The position numbers and the translations under genes were made by a program. The notes below the pieces were generated by a model. The model saw nothing but the letters and a program-made list of their open reading frames with translations. It was not told where the DNA came from and made no database searches. Below, piece after piece: positions 10,403 to 20,092 of a DNA stretch of 64,000 nucleotides; the first letter of the stretch is position 1; each line of letters begins with the position of its first letter. Origin of the DNA: Nanobdellota archaeon (GTDB lineage Archaea; Nanobdellota; Nanobdellia; Parvarchaeales; Parvarchaeaceae); NCBI GenBank assembly GCA_021800365.1, contig JAJYZA010000003.1, forward strand, positions 6,182 through 70,181, given 5' to 3'.

Positions 10403-11302
10403 ATGCCTTCCAAAGAAAATAAAGATGTAGGGGTGAAGCCATATATCGGCGTAACTGGCCTAACCACACTCGATGAAGTAACTTCTACTTTAAAGTACTT
10501 TAATGGGGCGCGGTATAAAGGTTGTTTACATGTGCCTATGCTGGGTTTTCTGGTGTCTTACAAGTGTCTAGAGTATGGCTTTAACCCAGGAGACAGAAAA
10601 CATCCGAAGTTGAGAGATTTATCCGCTCTACTTTCCGAAGCAAAAAAAGATACGAACGCGTTTGTTACCATACATTATTACACAAAAAACACGTCGCGGC
10701 TTTATAAAGAGATCTCTAAAATACTTAAACTAGATGACATATATGAAAGAGAACTGTGTGATGGCGTGCAATTAAATTCAGTATGGCCACCAAAAAAGGA
10801 GGTCCTCAAAATAAAAGAAAATTTTCCAAGACTTAAAATAATACTGCAACTCCCCAATGGAGCAACCAATGGAATGAGTGCACAGCAGATTTCGAATAGA
10901 GTAAAAAATGATTACCCATACGTCGAACATGTTCTTATAGACCCATCTGGTGGAAAGGGACAACCGTTCGACATAAATCGTTCTACTGAGATATACAATG
11001 CTTTGAAATCAGATGGTTTTAATGGTCATGTAGGATTTGCAGGTGGCCTACGCGGAGAAAACGTAGGCGCCATAATCTCAATGCTACCCTCAACAGGAAT
11101 ATCTATAGATGCAGAGGGGGGTTTACGAGATAAGTTAAGTGATGAAAGCGGTGACTCAGTATTAAACCTGGAGAAAGTTAAAACATACGTAACTAATGCT
11201 TATGCATCCATACGTAAAAGGCACGCGGTTACTTTGTTATGTGCACTCGTATATTATACACATAAAACACCTCCGTTTATTTTGAACCACCGCAAGAAGT
11301 AA
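10403..11302 (+). CDS. TrpF/PRAI-like TIM-barrel protein
   Basis: YIGVTG, VQLN, LIDPSGGKG, GFAGGL..ENV, SIDAEG pattern; ATG at 10403 chosen. Confidence 0.6.
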   Translation: MPSKENKDVGVKPYIGVTGLTTLDEVTSTLKYFNGARYKGCLHVPMLGFLVSYKCLEYGFNPGDRKHPKLRDLSALLSEAKKDTNAFVTIHYYTKNTSRLYKEISKILKLDDIYERELCDGVQLNSVWPPKKEVLKIKENFPRLKIILQLPNGATNGMSAQQISNRVKNDYPYVEHVLIDPSGGKGQPFDINRSTEIYNALKSDGFNGHVGFAGGLRGENVGAIISMLPSTGISIDAEGGLRDKLSDESGDSVLNLEKVKTYVTNAYASIRKRHAVTLLCALVYYTHKTPPFILNHRKK

Positions 11303-11314
11303 TAAAAATAGTAT

Positions 11315-12571
11315 ATGGTAAAAATAGGCTCTTACTGGCTTGACTATGCTTATTCTCCTAGAAGCCCTTTAAAGAAAAACATAAAAACCGACGTTGCGAT
11401 AATCGGCGGCGGTATAACCGGGGTATCAGCGGCTTTTCACCTGGCATCCCGAGGTATAGAGTGTGTACTATTGGAAAAATCGACTATCGGCAGTGGCAGC
11501 ACTGGAAATAGTGAGGGCAATCTGGTGCCATTACCGCTTGGCAGGTTCCGGGAACTTGTAGAAAAGGTTGGCAGAAAAAATGCTTTGGACATATACAATG
11601 CATCTGTTTCAGTAATCCGCGAGATGGCGAATCTGTCAAAAGGCAGACCCGATCTAAGTTTTCACTATACAAAGAAATTCGTTCTAGCCACAACAAGGGC
11701 TCAGGCAGGGCTGTTGAAAAAAGAGTTTAAATTAACGAAAGCGTGCAACATAAAGAGCCGTTTTATACCTGTGCCACACAAAGTTATCGGCGCATCTAAA
11801 ACATTTTATGGCGGATTGATTTATGAGAGTAATTTCGCACGTATAAACCCCGCGAGGTTTGTGCGCGAGTTGGCAACAAGATCCGAGAAAAGCGTAAAGA
11901 TATTTGAGAATACTCCCGTAAAAGTGATACGTAGATTAAAAGACGGGCGGTTCGAGTTGTCTTCAAGCACACACAGAGTGGTGTGTAACACACTAATAGC
12001 CGCCACAGAAACTTTTTCAAGCGAGATAGCATTAAAAGACAAGAATTTTAAATCGATCGGAGTAGTAGCTGCCATTGCTGAACCTTTAGACAAAAATGTG
12101 CTAAGGAAACTAAAGATAGATATAAACACGCGCGTAATAGACACCTCAGAGAATTACGCTGCAATAGGTCCAATAAGCGGCAATAAAATATCTGTCACTT
12201 ATGAAATTAGGCCAAAGTTTTTAAGTGCGTTTCGTCATATAGTGGAGTTTCCCATTATAAGAAACATAGCGGCATATGTTGTAAAGCACGGCCTTGCAAA
12301 GGTGTTTCCCCTCTTAGAAAAATCACGTATTGACCGCATCTGGGGCTGCAAATATGCGAGTACAAAGGATATGATGCCGATTATAGGCAGAGATCCCAAA
12401 AACAGTAACTTTCTTTATTCCATTGGATATGGAGATCATGGCCTCGTATTCGGCTTTCTGGGTGGTAAGATGCTAAGCGAGGTGTATACTAAAACACAAT
12501 CGAGACGAACAAAGAAGCTGTTATCTTTGTTGAAACCTAAAAACGGCAGGAACCTAACTTTAAAGACTTAG
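11315..12571 (+). CDS. FAD-dependent oxidoreductase (DAO/PuuB-like)
   Basis: IIGGGITG Rossmann motif, GSGSTGNSEG, C-terminal GYGDHGLVFG. Confidence 0.85.
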   Translation: MVKIGSYWLDYAYSPRSPLKKNIKTDVAIIGGGITGVSAAFHLASRGIECVLLEKSTIGSGSTGNSEGNLVPLPLGRFRELVEKVGRKNALDIYNASVSVIREMANLSKGRPDLSFHYTKKFVLATTRAQAGLLKKEFKLTKACNIKSRFIPVPHKVIGASKTFYGGLIYESNFARINPARFVRELATRSEKSVKIFENTPVKVIRRLKDGRFELSSSTHRVVCNTLIAATETFSSEIALKDKNFKSIGVVAAIAEPLDKNVLRKLKIDINTRVIDTSENYAAIGPISGNKISVTYEIRPKFLSAFRHIVEFPIIRNIAAYVVKHGLAKVFPLLEKSRIDRIWGCKYASTKDMMPIIGRDPKNSNFLYSIGYGDHGLVFGFLGGKMLSEVYTKTQSRRTKKLLSLLKPKNGRNLTLKT

Positions 12572-12594
12572 TTAATGTCTTATTATTATCTATT

Positions 12595-13341
12595 ATGTCG
12601 GAGAAGGAAATTGAGTGCTGGTGGGATCAGGCATCGGAATACTATCAGAAAGAAATAAACGACAGGTTCCCAAAAACAGTTCATTATGGACCATTCGGCT
12701 CGGATGAGCGTCATCTCAAGCTTTTAGGAGACGTGAACGGAAAAAAAGTATTAGAACTCGGGTGTGGTGGCGGCCAGTGCGCGATAGCACTCGCGAAGGA
12801 AGGCGCTATATGCACTGGTTTGGATATATCCAAAAAGCAGCTCGATTTTGCTAGAAATCTAGCTGAAAAAAACAGGGTTAAAGTAAGTTTTTTAAAGGGA
12901 TCATTTTCTGATTTAACTTCGATAAAAAAATGTTATTATGATATAGTATTATCTGTATTTTCACTGCAATACGCAGAAAACTTGGACTCTGTACTGACAC
13001 AAGTAAATAGGATATTGAGGAGAGGGGGCTTATTTGTTTTTAGTATTGACCACCCATTTTATATAATGATTAGTCCCGATACTTTAAAGGTAGAAAGTAG
13101 CTATTACAAAAACGGAAAAAATATAGAACTAGAAAGATGGCCAGACGGAAGCAGACACAAATCGATAACGTATATCAGAAAAGTAAGCGACATATTAAAC
13201 AGCATATTGAGAAGCGGACTTACTCTAGAAGCCGTATTAGAGCCTTTGGATTTAAATGATAAGATATGGGGAACTGGGTACAGAAGAAAACTTATCAGGA
13301 AAATCGGCCCTACGATAATTTTCAAGTGTTCTAAAAAGTAA
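12595..13341 (+). CDS. Class I SAM-dependent methyltransferase
   Basis: VLELGCGGG, GLDIS, YDIVLS, ILRRGGLFVFSIDHP. Confidence 0.9.
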   Translation: MSEKEIECWWDQASEYYQKEINDRFPKTVHYGPFGSDERHLKLLGDVNGKKVLELGCGGGQCAIALAKEGAICTGLDISKKQLDFARNLAEKNRVKVSFLKGSFSDLTSIKKCYYDIVLSVFSLQYAENLDSVLTQVNRILRRGGLFVFSIDHPFYIMISPDTLKVESSYYKNGKNIELERWPDGSRHKSITYIRKVSDILNSILRSGLTLEAVLEPLDLNDKIWGTGYRRKLIRKIGPTIIFKCSKK

Positions 13342-13445
13342 ATACTTCGGCGATTCGGTGTAACCTAGAAAGCTTTAAATTGCTACTTTCCCTTATTTTA
13401 TATTATCAATGCGCTAGAAAATAGGGCGAGAAACGGAGGCTAATT

Positions 13446-13718
13446 ATGACTGGTGTAACTAAGGGGGAAAGGATTGATGCAAAATCAATAGTTGGAAAGA
13501 CAGTTGTAGGTAAAAGTGGTAAGAAGTTAGGTGTTGTTAACGATTTAGTTTACGAAGTAAGGACGGGTGAACTTGTATATTTAACTATAAGAATGCCTTC
13601 TTCTTATGCGAATACATTTCAGTTTGAGAAAGATGAGAAAGGGTTTGATGAAATACCCTATAATTCTGTAATATCTATAGGTGACTTTGTCGTAGTTGCG
13701 GAAGAAGACATAATCTAA
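13446..13718 (+). CDS. PRC-barrel domain protein (CdpB-like)
   Basis: IVGKTVVGKSGKKLGVVNDL...IPYNSVISIGDFVVV; GGAGG SD at 13435-13439. Confidence 0.85.
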   Translation: MTGVTKGERIDAKSIVGKTVVGKSGKKLGVVNDLVYEVRTGELVYLTIRMPSSYANTFQFEKDEKGFDEIPYNSVISIGDFVVVAEEDII

Positions 13719-13773
13719 GACCACTTGTAGATTATAAATAAATCAATTAAATTTTATAAAAATTACATTAGTA

Positions 13774-13992
13774 TTACTTAGCGGAGTGTTCTATTATATA
13801 GCCTTCTATTTTTTTGTCTTTTGCTAACTTAGTTATAAATCCCGCAATCTTATTTCTGATAGTTTTACTAGCGACAATGATCTTGTTAAGTTCAATCTTA
13901 TTGGCATCGTAATTGCTGCTAAACCCGCCCCTATCTTTCTTTAGCACCTCTAACGTATACTTCCTTACCGTCTTTCCTCTTACTCTTCCCAT
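13774..13992 (-). CDS. rps17e: 30S ribosomal protein S17e
   Basis: MGRVR...FSSNYDANK...SKTIRNKIAGFIT. Confidence 0.93.
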   Translation of the reverse strand: MGRVRGKTVRKYTLEVLKKDRGGFSSNYDANKIELNKIIVASKTIRNKIAGFITKLAKDKKIEGYIIEHSAK

Positions 13993-14314
13993 TTCTTAAT
14001 AAGAAATGTCAGAACTATTTAAAGGTTAATTGTGCTGCCGAAAGACGAGAAGGCGAAACTACAAGTATAATCTACCAATAAGAAATCACGTAATGCAAGG
14101 ATCAAATACGACAAACAGTCATAAAGAAGAGGATTGGCGGTGTGTCAAATCTTTCGACGGGGTAAGGTTTATTTATAAATTAGGTAAACTTGGTTACAAG
14201 AAACATAGATTTAAATCTCGGTAAACTTAGATTAGTATCTTTGTCATAAAAATTTTTATAGTTTATTGTCAGTATATAAGAAGGCTTTTTATTCTTTGAT
14301 TTACTCTTTTTAGT

Positions 14315-17300
14315 ATGCGATATAGCCGTAGATCACAATCCGCTTTAGAATATATAATGAGCTACAGCTGGGCCATACTAATAATAGTGATTGTTGCTGG
14401 AACGCTTTATTCTTTGGGTATTTTTACCCCGCAAAATTCTGCTGGCACGGGCATAACAGGTTTTAGCGACGTAAAGGTATTATCCGCCGTCATCTTATCT
14501 AATGAAATCGAACTGCAGATTGCGAACGAGGCACCAAATCCAATAGTAATAAATGCGATAAATGTAAGTGAAAACAATCAGTTATTTACAAACTTCAAGT
14601 GTGAATCATCAAGTCTATCTATAGGCGACAACACACTTTGTGCAGTATATGGTACATTTCCTTCCCCACGGGCGGCCACTTCAATAAATATCGGGTATAC
14701 CACGACCGGCGTGTTTGAGACCAGTTACATCTCTTCCGGTAGTGTATCTGCTAACATAGCGCCACTACTACTAAATAATCAACTGCCATCGCCCACTAAT
14801 ATTGCCTATGTCGGCAGCTGGTTCGGTACACTTACAGAAATAAACACAACATCTAACACGGTGATAGCTTCGTGGGGAAACCAGTTATGGGGACAGGGAG
14901 ATATATTTTACTCTGCGAATGGAAGTTTAGCATACATAGTCGATGGTTGGACTACAATGGGAATATACAAGACACCGGGTCTTCAACTTGTCAGAAAATA
15001 CTGGATAAATGGTTGTAATCACTACGGTACACTATCGCAGAACGGCGAATACCTGTTTAATACAGTAGATTGTGCGAATTATATAGATGTTACTAATCTC
15101 TCCGAAACAAGTAGTCTATTTGATTTTAAGACCATCACAGTCGGCAACGACCCAGAAAAAATCACGAATATTAATGGCATTTTGTACGTTTTAAATCGTG
15201 CTTCCAATTCTATATCTCTCGTCGGGGATTCGAATTTTACTAATTTTGCCACAATAAGCAACATAGGTATTTTAAATAGCGCCGAATACGACATGGCATA
15301 TGACAGTGCAAACAAAAATCTTTATATAGCAGATTATAACGTAGATAATAATAATCTTTCTATAATAAATACCACTTCAAGGAGCTATATTGGTGGCATA
15401 AACAGCATAGGGCTTAATCCGTGGTATGCAGCTCTCAGCGCGAACGGTAAATTGATGTATATCTCTGATTCTTATAGCAGCCAGGGAGGTAATTATGGTA
15501 AACTATCTATTTTAAATTTATCAAATGGCGTGGTTATTGCGAATGTAAGGACCGGCAATGAACCTATGGGGGTAGCCATAGATCCCTCAACTGGAAATAT
15601 CTGGGTATTAAATTACAACTCAAACAGCATAAGCATAATAAACCCAGTTTCCTATACTGTTACAGCTACGATAACAGGCTTTAACAATCCAGAAGACTTA
15701 ATTATAATAAACGGCTATGCGTATGTAACCAACTATGGCGGAAATACGGTATCCGTCGTATCAACGTCTACAAATTCAATAACGGCAACCATCTCCGTTG
15801 GCTCAAATCCGTTTAGAATAGCGGTTTCTCCAATTAATTCAAGCCAGGTATACGTAACAAACTACGGTTCAAACACCGTATCTGTAATAAATGCAAAAAC
15901 AAACGTCGCGACGACAATATCAAATATGCACAATTGTGCTAATCCGCAAGGCATAGCGTTTACTCCAAATGGCGAAGCAGCGTATATGGCGTGTTGGAAT
16001 AATTATGTTGAGGAAATAAACGCTACGACCAACTTATGGCAAGCGGAGATAAACAGCTTGGGAGAGATACAGGGTAGCAGTTGGACGCCGATAGCGGTTT
16101 CTCCGGACGGTAAGTATGTTTATACAGGACTACAGTATGCCCCCGGACAGATGGATGTGATAGCCACTTCGAATAACTCCATTGTCAAGCGTATAGCAAC
16201 GCCAGTCGACATGTCATATCTTTTGTTCTCTTCTGATGGGTCTATACTATATGCACTGTATTATTGGGAACAAAGCGTTAATTTAGTAGAGTACAATTCA
16301 AATTCTTTAAACATAATCGGCCAAGTCGGCTCATTTTATAGCCCATATCAGATTTCGATTTCGCCTAATAACGAATATCTTGGAGTCTCTGATGCGGCAA
16401 GTCAAGAAGCTAGTATTGTGAATATATCTTCTGGGGCAGTCTATAGTTTTTCTATGAAATGGGGAAATACATGGGGAGTTGCCTTTTCGCCAGATAGCAA
16501 ATTTGCTTATTTCTCTTCTGGTGCGTTTGTTGTCAGGCTTTCATTGTTAAATTATTCACTTAAGACCATATTTACTGGGCAGTGTGCTGGACCGCTTTCA
16601 GTAAGCCCGGATGGAAATTTTCTGTACGAGCTTTTAACTTGTGGCGGAAGCGCTTATTCTGTGCCACAAAGCGGTGTCGTAACCATATCATTAAACCCAT
16701 TTGAGGTAGTTAACTACACCTACCCAGTAGGCATGACAATAAATGGGCTCGCAACGACACCAGATGGATCTAGATTGTTGATATCTAATCACGATGGGAC
16801 CGCATTCTCTGTTATGAATACACTAACTGGCCATATAATCTATTCTACATTGGAGCCTTTTCCTCCTCAGAACTCTTGGGATGTGGTTGATAATGGAAAC
16901 ATAGCATACGTAGCAATGGAAGATTCAGACTATGGAACTCTAAACAGTAGCGGAGGAATAAGTATAATAAATATCTCTTCTGGTAGTATAATCGGGGCGA
17001 TAAATGGGATAGGAGAATATACAACCAGTCTGGCAATATCGCCCGATGGCCAAACTCTATATTCATTATCAAGATTTCCGATGGGGACTGATAACAGTTC
17101 TTATTCCGCGGAGATAAATGTAATTTCCACTGTAACGGATTCGATTACAAATCATATTAAGGTGCCTGGTTGCCCCCTTGCAATGAGGCTTATGCCAAAT
17201 GGAAACACCTTAGTATACCCTGACCCATGTTCAAATAAAGTATTTTTCTTAAGCTTACAGAACGATTCTATTTATGCTCGCATACCAGTTGCATGTGGCG

Positions 17301-17614
17301 CGCAGAACATAGGTGTTACGCCAAACGGAAATTTTTTGGTGGTTTCTGACGCCTGTGGTTATGCTTCTATAATAAATGTCTCTTCCATGACAGACATATA
17401 CGACATAAGTGGCTTGAACAATCCACAGGATGTTTTTATATCCTCTGGTGGAAAGGAAGCATATTTTGCAGATTGGAATGACAACTTGGTGCATGTGCTC
17501 AATATTACAAAAGCCGAGCAAAAAAATGCAAATCCATGGATAACTACGATACCTATGCCAGCCGAATATCTCAGGGTAATAGTAGCCGGTAACGGGGCAT
17601 ATTCAGATTGGTAA
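14315..17614 (+). CDS. Class III signal-peptide (pilin-like) giant YVTN beta-propeller surface protein
   Basis: RRS/QSALEY plus hydrophobic helix; many YVTN-type repeats (AYVTNYGGNTVSVV, VYVTNYGSNTVSVI); many N-x-S/T sequons. Confidence 0.85.
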   Translation: MRYSRRSQSALEYIMSYSWAILIIVIVAGTLYSLGIFTPQNSAGTGITGFSDVKVLSAVILSNEIELQIANEAPNPIVINAINVSENNQLFTNFKCESSSLSIGDNTLCAVYGTFPSPRAATSINIGYTTTGVFETSYISSGSVSANIAPLLLNNQLPSPTNIAYVGSWFGTLTEINTTSNTVIASWGNQLWGQGDIFYSANGSLAYIVDGWTTMGIYKTPGLQLVRKYWINGCNHYGTLSQNGEYLFNTVDCANYIDVTNLSETSSLFDFKTITVGNDPEKITNINGILYVLNRASNSISLVGDSNFTNFATISNIGILNSAEYDMAYDSANKNLYIADYNVDNNNLSIINTTSRSYIGGINSIGLNPWYAALSANGKLMYISDSYSSQGGNYGKLSILNLSNGVVIANVRTGNEPMGVAIDPSTGNIWVLNYNSNSISIINPVSYTVTATITGFNNPEDLIIINGYAYVTNYGGNTVSVVSTSTNSITATISVGSNPFRIAVSPINSSQVYVTNYGSNTVSVINAKTNVATTISNMHNCANPQGIAFTPNGEAAYMACWNNYVEEINATTNLWQAEINSLGEIQGSSWTPIAVSPDGKYVYTGLQYAPGQMDVIATSNNSIVKRIATPVDMSYLLFSSDGSILYALYYWEQSVNLVEYNSNSLNIIGQVGSFYSPYQISISPNNEYLGVSDAASQEASIVNISSGAVYSFSMKWGNTWGVAFSPDSKFAYFSSGAFVVRLSLLNYSLKTIFTGQCAGPLSVSPDGNFLYELLTCGGSAYSVPQSGVVTISLNPFEVVNYTYPVGMTINGLATTPDGSRLLISNHDGTAFSVMNTLTGHIIYSTLEPFPPQNSWDVVDNGNIAYVAMEDSDYGTLNSSGGISIINISSGSIIGAINGIGEYTTSLAISPDGQTLYSLSRFPMGTDNSSYSAEINVISTVTDSITNHIKVPGCPLAMRLMPNGNTLVYPDPCSNKVFFLSLQNDSIYARIPVACGAQNIGVTPNGNFLVVSDACGYASIINVSSMTDIYDISGLNNPQDVFISSGGKEAYFADWNDNLVHVLNITKAEQKNANPWITTIPMPAEYLRVIVAGNGAYSDW

Positions 17615-17620
17615 AATGAT

Positions 17621-18592
17621 ATGGATATAAAACTTAGAGATAGACTTAGCCTTTTTCTTCTTAGGCGCGATGCTAGGAGTAGGTTGAGGCATGGTTCTGG
17701 CAGACGCAGCATCCATAAGACCTCATCGAGATTTATAGACCGAGTAAAATTATGGAGGTTTAGACATGAGATACGATTGATACTAAGCGGAAAGGCTCAG
17801 AAAGTTGAAGCGCGGATGGTAAAAGCCAAAAAGTCAAGTGCAATACCGGAAAGCATAGCGCAAGTTAGGAACCCCTCCTTTTTCAATTCAATGCGTAAGA
17901 CAATAGTAGAGAGAATAAGGCCGGCTCGTAATAAAAAATCAACTACTAATAGATTTAAAACCAACTTTCTAAAGTCCTGCTTTAAAGCGTTATTTTTACA
18001 TCACACTAATGAATCTACAAAGCAAGAATTTTCTCTTAATAAAAGCAAGTTGCCCGTAATCCCAAAGAAACTGCAGAAAATGGTATCATTAGCTACGGTT
18101 GCGATAATAATATTATTCTTAGCTTACAACACGGGGGTTTTTGTACACCTATATAATTCAATCAAGTCTTCTCTAGCACCTTCATCATCGCAGGCGACGC
18201 CTTCACCGCCAACACAGTCCATTCCAAACAATACCAACATTGATGTAAACTATATAACGATAGGTTTAAATTCTTCTGGGGGCGTAGCATCGTCTCTCAT
18301 AGCTACTCCGAGTATAAATGGTTTCAATGTTACGCCGGGAACTGTGCAGGCCATAAACCTGTCGCTTGCATTGTATAATGTATCGATTGTAGGCGGTACA
18401 TCTCCACCGGCGCCAGAAAATATTTCAGCTGTAGAATCCGGGACAAAATCGTTTAACGTGTCCATTAAATCGCCGGTTCTTCCAATAACTGTAAATGTAG
18501 GTAGTATTCGATATATCTATCTAGCTATCAAAACGCCTTCAATTCCGTATAAGGGGACGTTGAATATAATACTCGATGTAAAGGCAAGTTGA
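17621..18592 (+). CDS. Hypothetical single-pass membrane protein with basic N-terminus and extracellular beta-rich domain
   Basis: R/K-rich first ~150 aa, TM LATVAIIILFLAY, P/S/T linker, beta-strand-rich C-terminus; 6 nt after the propeller gene. Confidence 0.65.
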   Translation: MDIKLRDRLSLFLLRRDARSRLRHGSGRRSIHKTSSRFIDRVKLWRFRHEIRLILSGKAQKVEARMVKAKKSSAIPESIAQVRNPSFFNSMRKTIVERIRPARNKKSTTNRFKTNFLKSCFKALFLHHTNESTKQEFSLNKSKLPVIPKKLQKMVSLATVAIIILFLAYNTGVFVHLYNSIKSSLAPSSSQATPSPPTQSIPNNTNIDVNYITIGLNSSGGVASSLIATPSINGFNVTPGTVQAINLSLALYNVSIVGGTSPPAPENISAVESGTKSFNVSIKSPVLPITVNVGSIRYIYLAIKTPSIPYKGTLNIILDVKAS

Positions 18593-18667
18593 ACTCAATA
18601 TTAAATTAGTCCTTTTAAAAACATAAATGCGTCCTTAGTACTCTGCTAGCGTTTCAATGCTCGGGTA

Positions 18668-18674
18668 TTTAAAT
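18668..18674 (+). promoter_or_regulatory. Putative TATA box of tRNA-Thr
   Basis: TTTAAAT about 25-30 nt upstream of the tRNA 5' end. Confidence 0.5.
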
Positions 18675-18698
18675 CTATGGTAAATTTTATAATAATGC

Positions 18699-18770
18699 GC
18701 CTCGGTGGCTCAGTGGTAAAGCGTTTCCTTGGTAAGGAAAAGATCGCGAGTCCGATTCTCGCCCGAGGCT
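18699..18770 (+). tRNA. tRNA-Thr(GGT), no encoded CCA
   Basis: Acceptor GCCTCGG/CCGAGGC, anticodon arm TTTCC-TTGGTAA-GGAAA, T arm GCGAG-TCCGATT-CTCGC. Confidence 0.9.
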
Positions 18771-19186
18771 TGTTATGCCAGCAGAGAGCAAAGTGCCAAA
18801 TAGATTCTAAACCTACTTATTCTATCTCGATAAACCTGCCAATTTTAGAATTGATTTTAAGTAAACTTTAGATCAAACTGGAAAAATTCCGGCGAAATGA
18901 GCAGGTTTTTAGATTTCGGATCTAAGTACGACTAGGGCAACTTAAGAAATTTTAATCTAGATGTTAGGTAATATCTTATAAAGCTCTCGTCTTGTAGAGG
19001 ACCGCATCGAATACTTTAGCAGATAAGATAAGTTTGTTGCTATTTAGATTTAATCCGATAATAAAAATAGAACAGAAATTTAAGTGATCGACTTTCATAG
19101 AATGCTTTTAATCAATTACTGCTTAGGTTTTATAGAGTTCATTGGCGTTTTTGCACATTGTGCTCTATCCTCATTGTGGTAAAATT

Positions 19187-20092
19187 ATGGATCTAAACAT
19201 ATTTAATCCAGTTGGCGTGACTTTGTTTTATGCAATTATAGCCTCTTTTGTATTAGGAATGATTCACGGCATCACTCCGGATGAGCATACATGGCCTATA
19301 ACATTTTCTTATGCAATCGGTAATTTCAGTACAAAAAAAGGGGCGGAAGCAGGATTCATATTTTCGCTTGGCTTTACTATCCAGAGGGCACTGATGGCAG
19401 AAGCGTTTTATGTAATCATCGCTTATAACTTTTCCGGAATTAAAAATTTCTTAAGCTCAAATATTTTCTTTTCCTCGTTGTATTTTTTGATAGGTTTTGT
19501 GATGGGTGTCGCAGGGTATTATGTTAAATACGGGGGCTATTATCCGCATTTGAAACTAAATCATATAATCGGCGGCAAGGGTAAATTCAGACACAAGCAT
19601 GCGGATTTCTACGCTAGAAATGTATCGAATAAGATGGCAATGATACATGGACTGATCGCTGGTTTTGGGATGGGAGCATTTGCATTAATAATTTTCACTG
19701 TGATCGTACCCGAGATGCCGAACATTTATCTTGGCTTCTTACCCGGTGCTGTATTTGGGGTAGGTACTATGGTCATGCAGATTCTGTTCGGTGCTGCGTT
19801 TGGTACGGCTATGCGGCTTAAAAAGTTATCACGGGCTGCCATTCAGTTTCTTGCCAGATACATGTCATCTTTCGTATTGTTGTATGGCGGGATGGCATTT
19901 ATGTTAGCAGGGATATTGAGCCTCGCTTTTCCGACTCTTTTAAGTCTTGGTCTTCCGACTGGCATAGGCGTTTACAACTTGGACAATATAAATCTCGGAT
20001 TTATTCTTGTTATAACGACGGTAGGGGTAATGGGTCTGCTGTCTTACATAAATGGGATTAGACATATAAGAAACAAATCTTACGGTGTTTAG
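19187..20092 (+). CDS. Multi-pass membrane protein, Ni/Co transporter (RcnA/UreH/NicO-like) or TauE-like
   Basis: GMIHGITPDEHTWP, His/basic loop, AMIHGLIAGFG; about 8 TM helices; ATG at 19187 chosen. Confidence 0.6.
   Translation: MDLNIFNPVGVTLFYAIIASFVLGMIHGITPDEHTWPITFSYAIGNFSTKKGAEAGFIFSLGFTIQRALMAEAFYVIIAYNFSGIKNFLSSNIFFSSLYFLIGFVMGVAGYYVKYGGYYPHLKLNHIIGGKGKFRHKHADFYARNVSNKMAMIHGLIAGFGMGAFALIIFTVIVPEMPNIYLGFLPGAVFGVGTMVMQILFGAAFGTAMRLKKLSRAAIQFLARYMSSFVLLYGGMAFMLAGILSLAFPTLLSLGLPTGIGVYNLDNINLGFILVITTVGVMGLLSYINGIRHIRNKSYGV

Noticed and set aside
14030-14224. 64-aa ORF with TTG start; checked for S27e or another Zn-ribbon protein
   Set aside because: It has no paired Cys motif, and its start overlaps the likely rps17e promoter
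18677-18871. 64-aa ORF
   Set aside because: It overlaps tRNA-Thr
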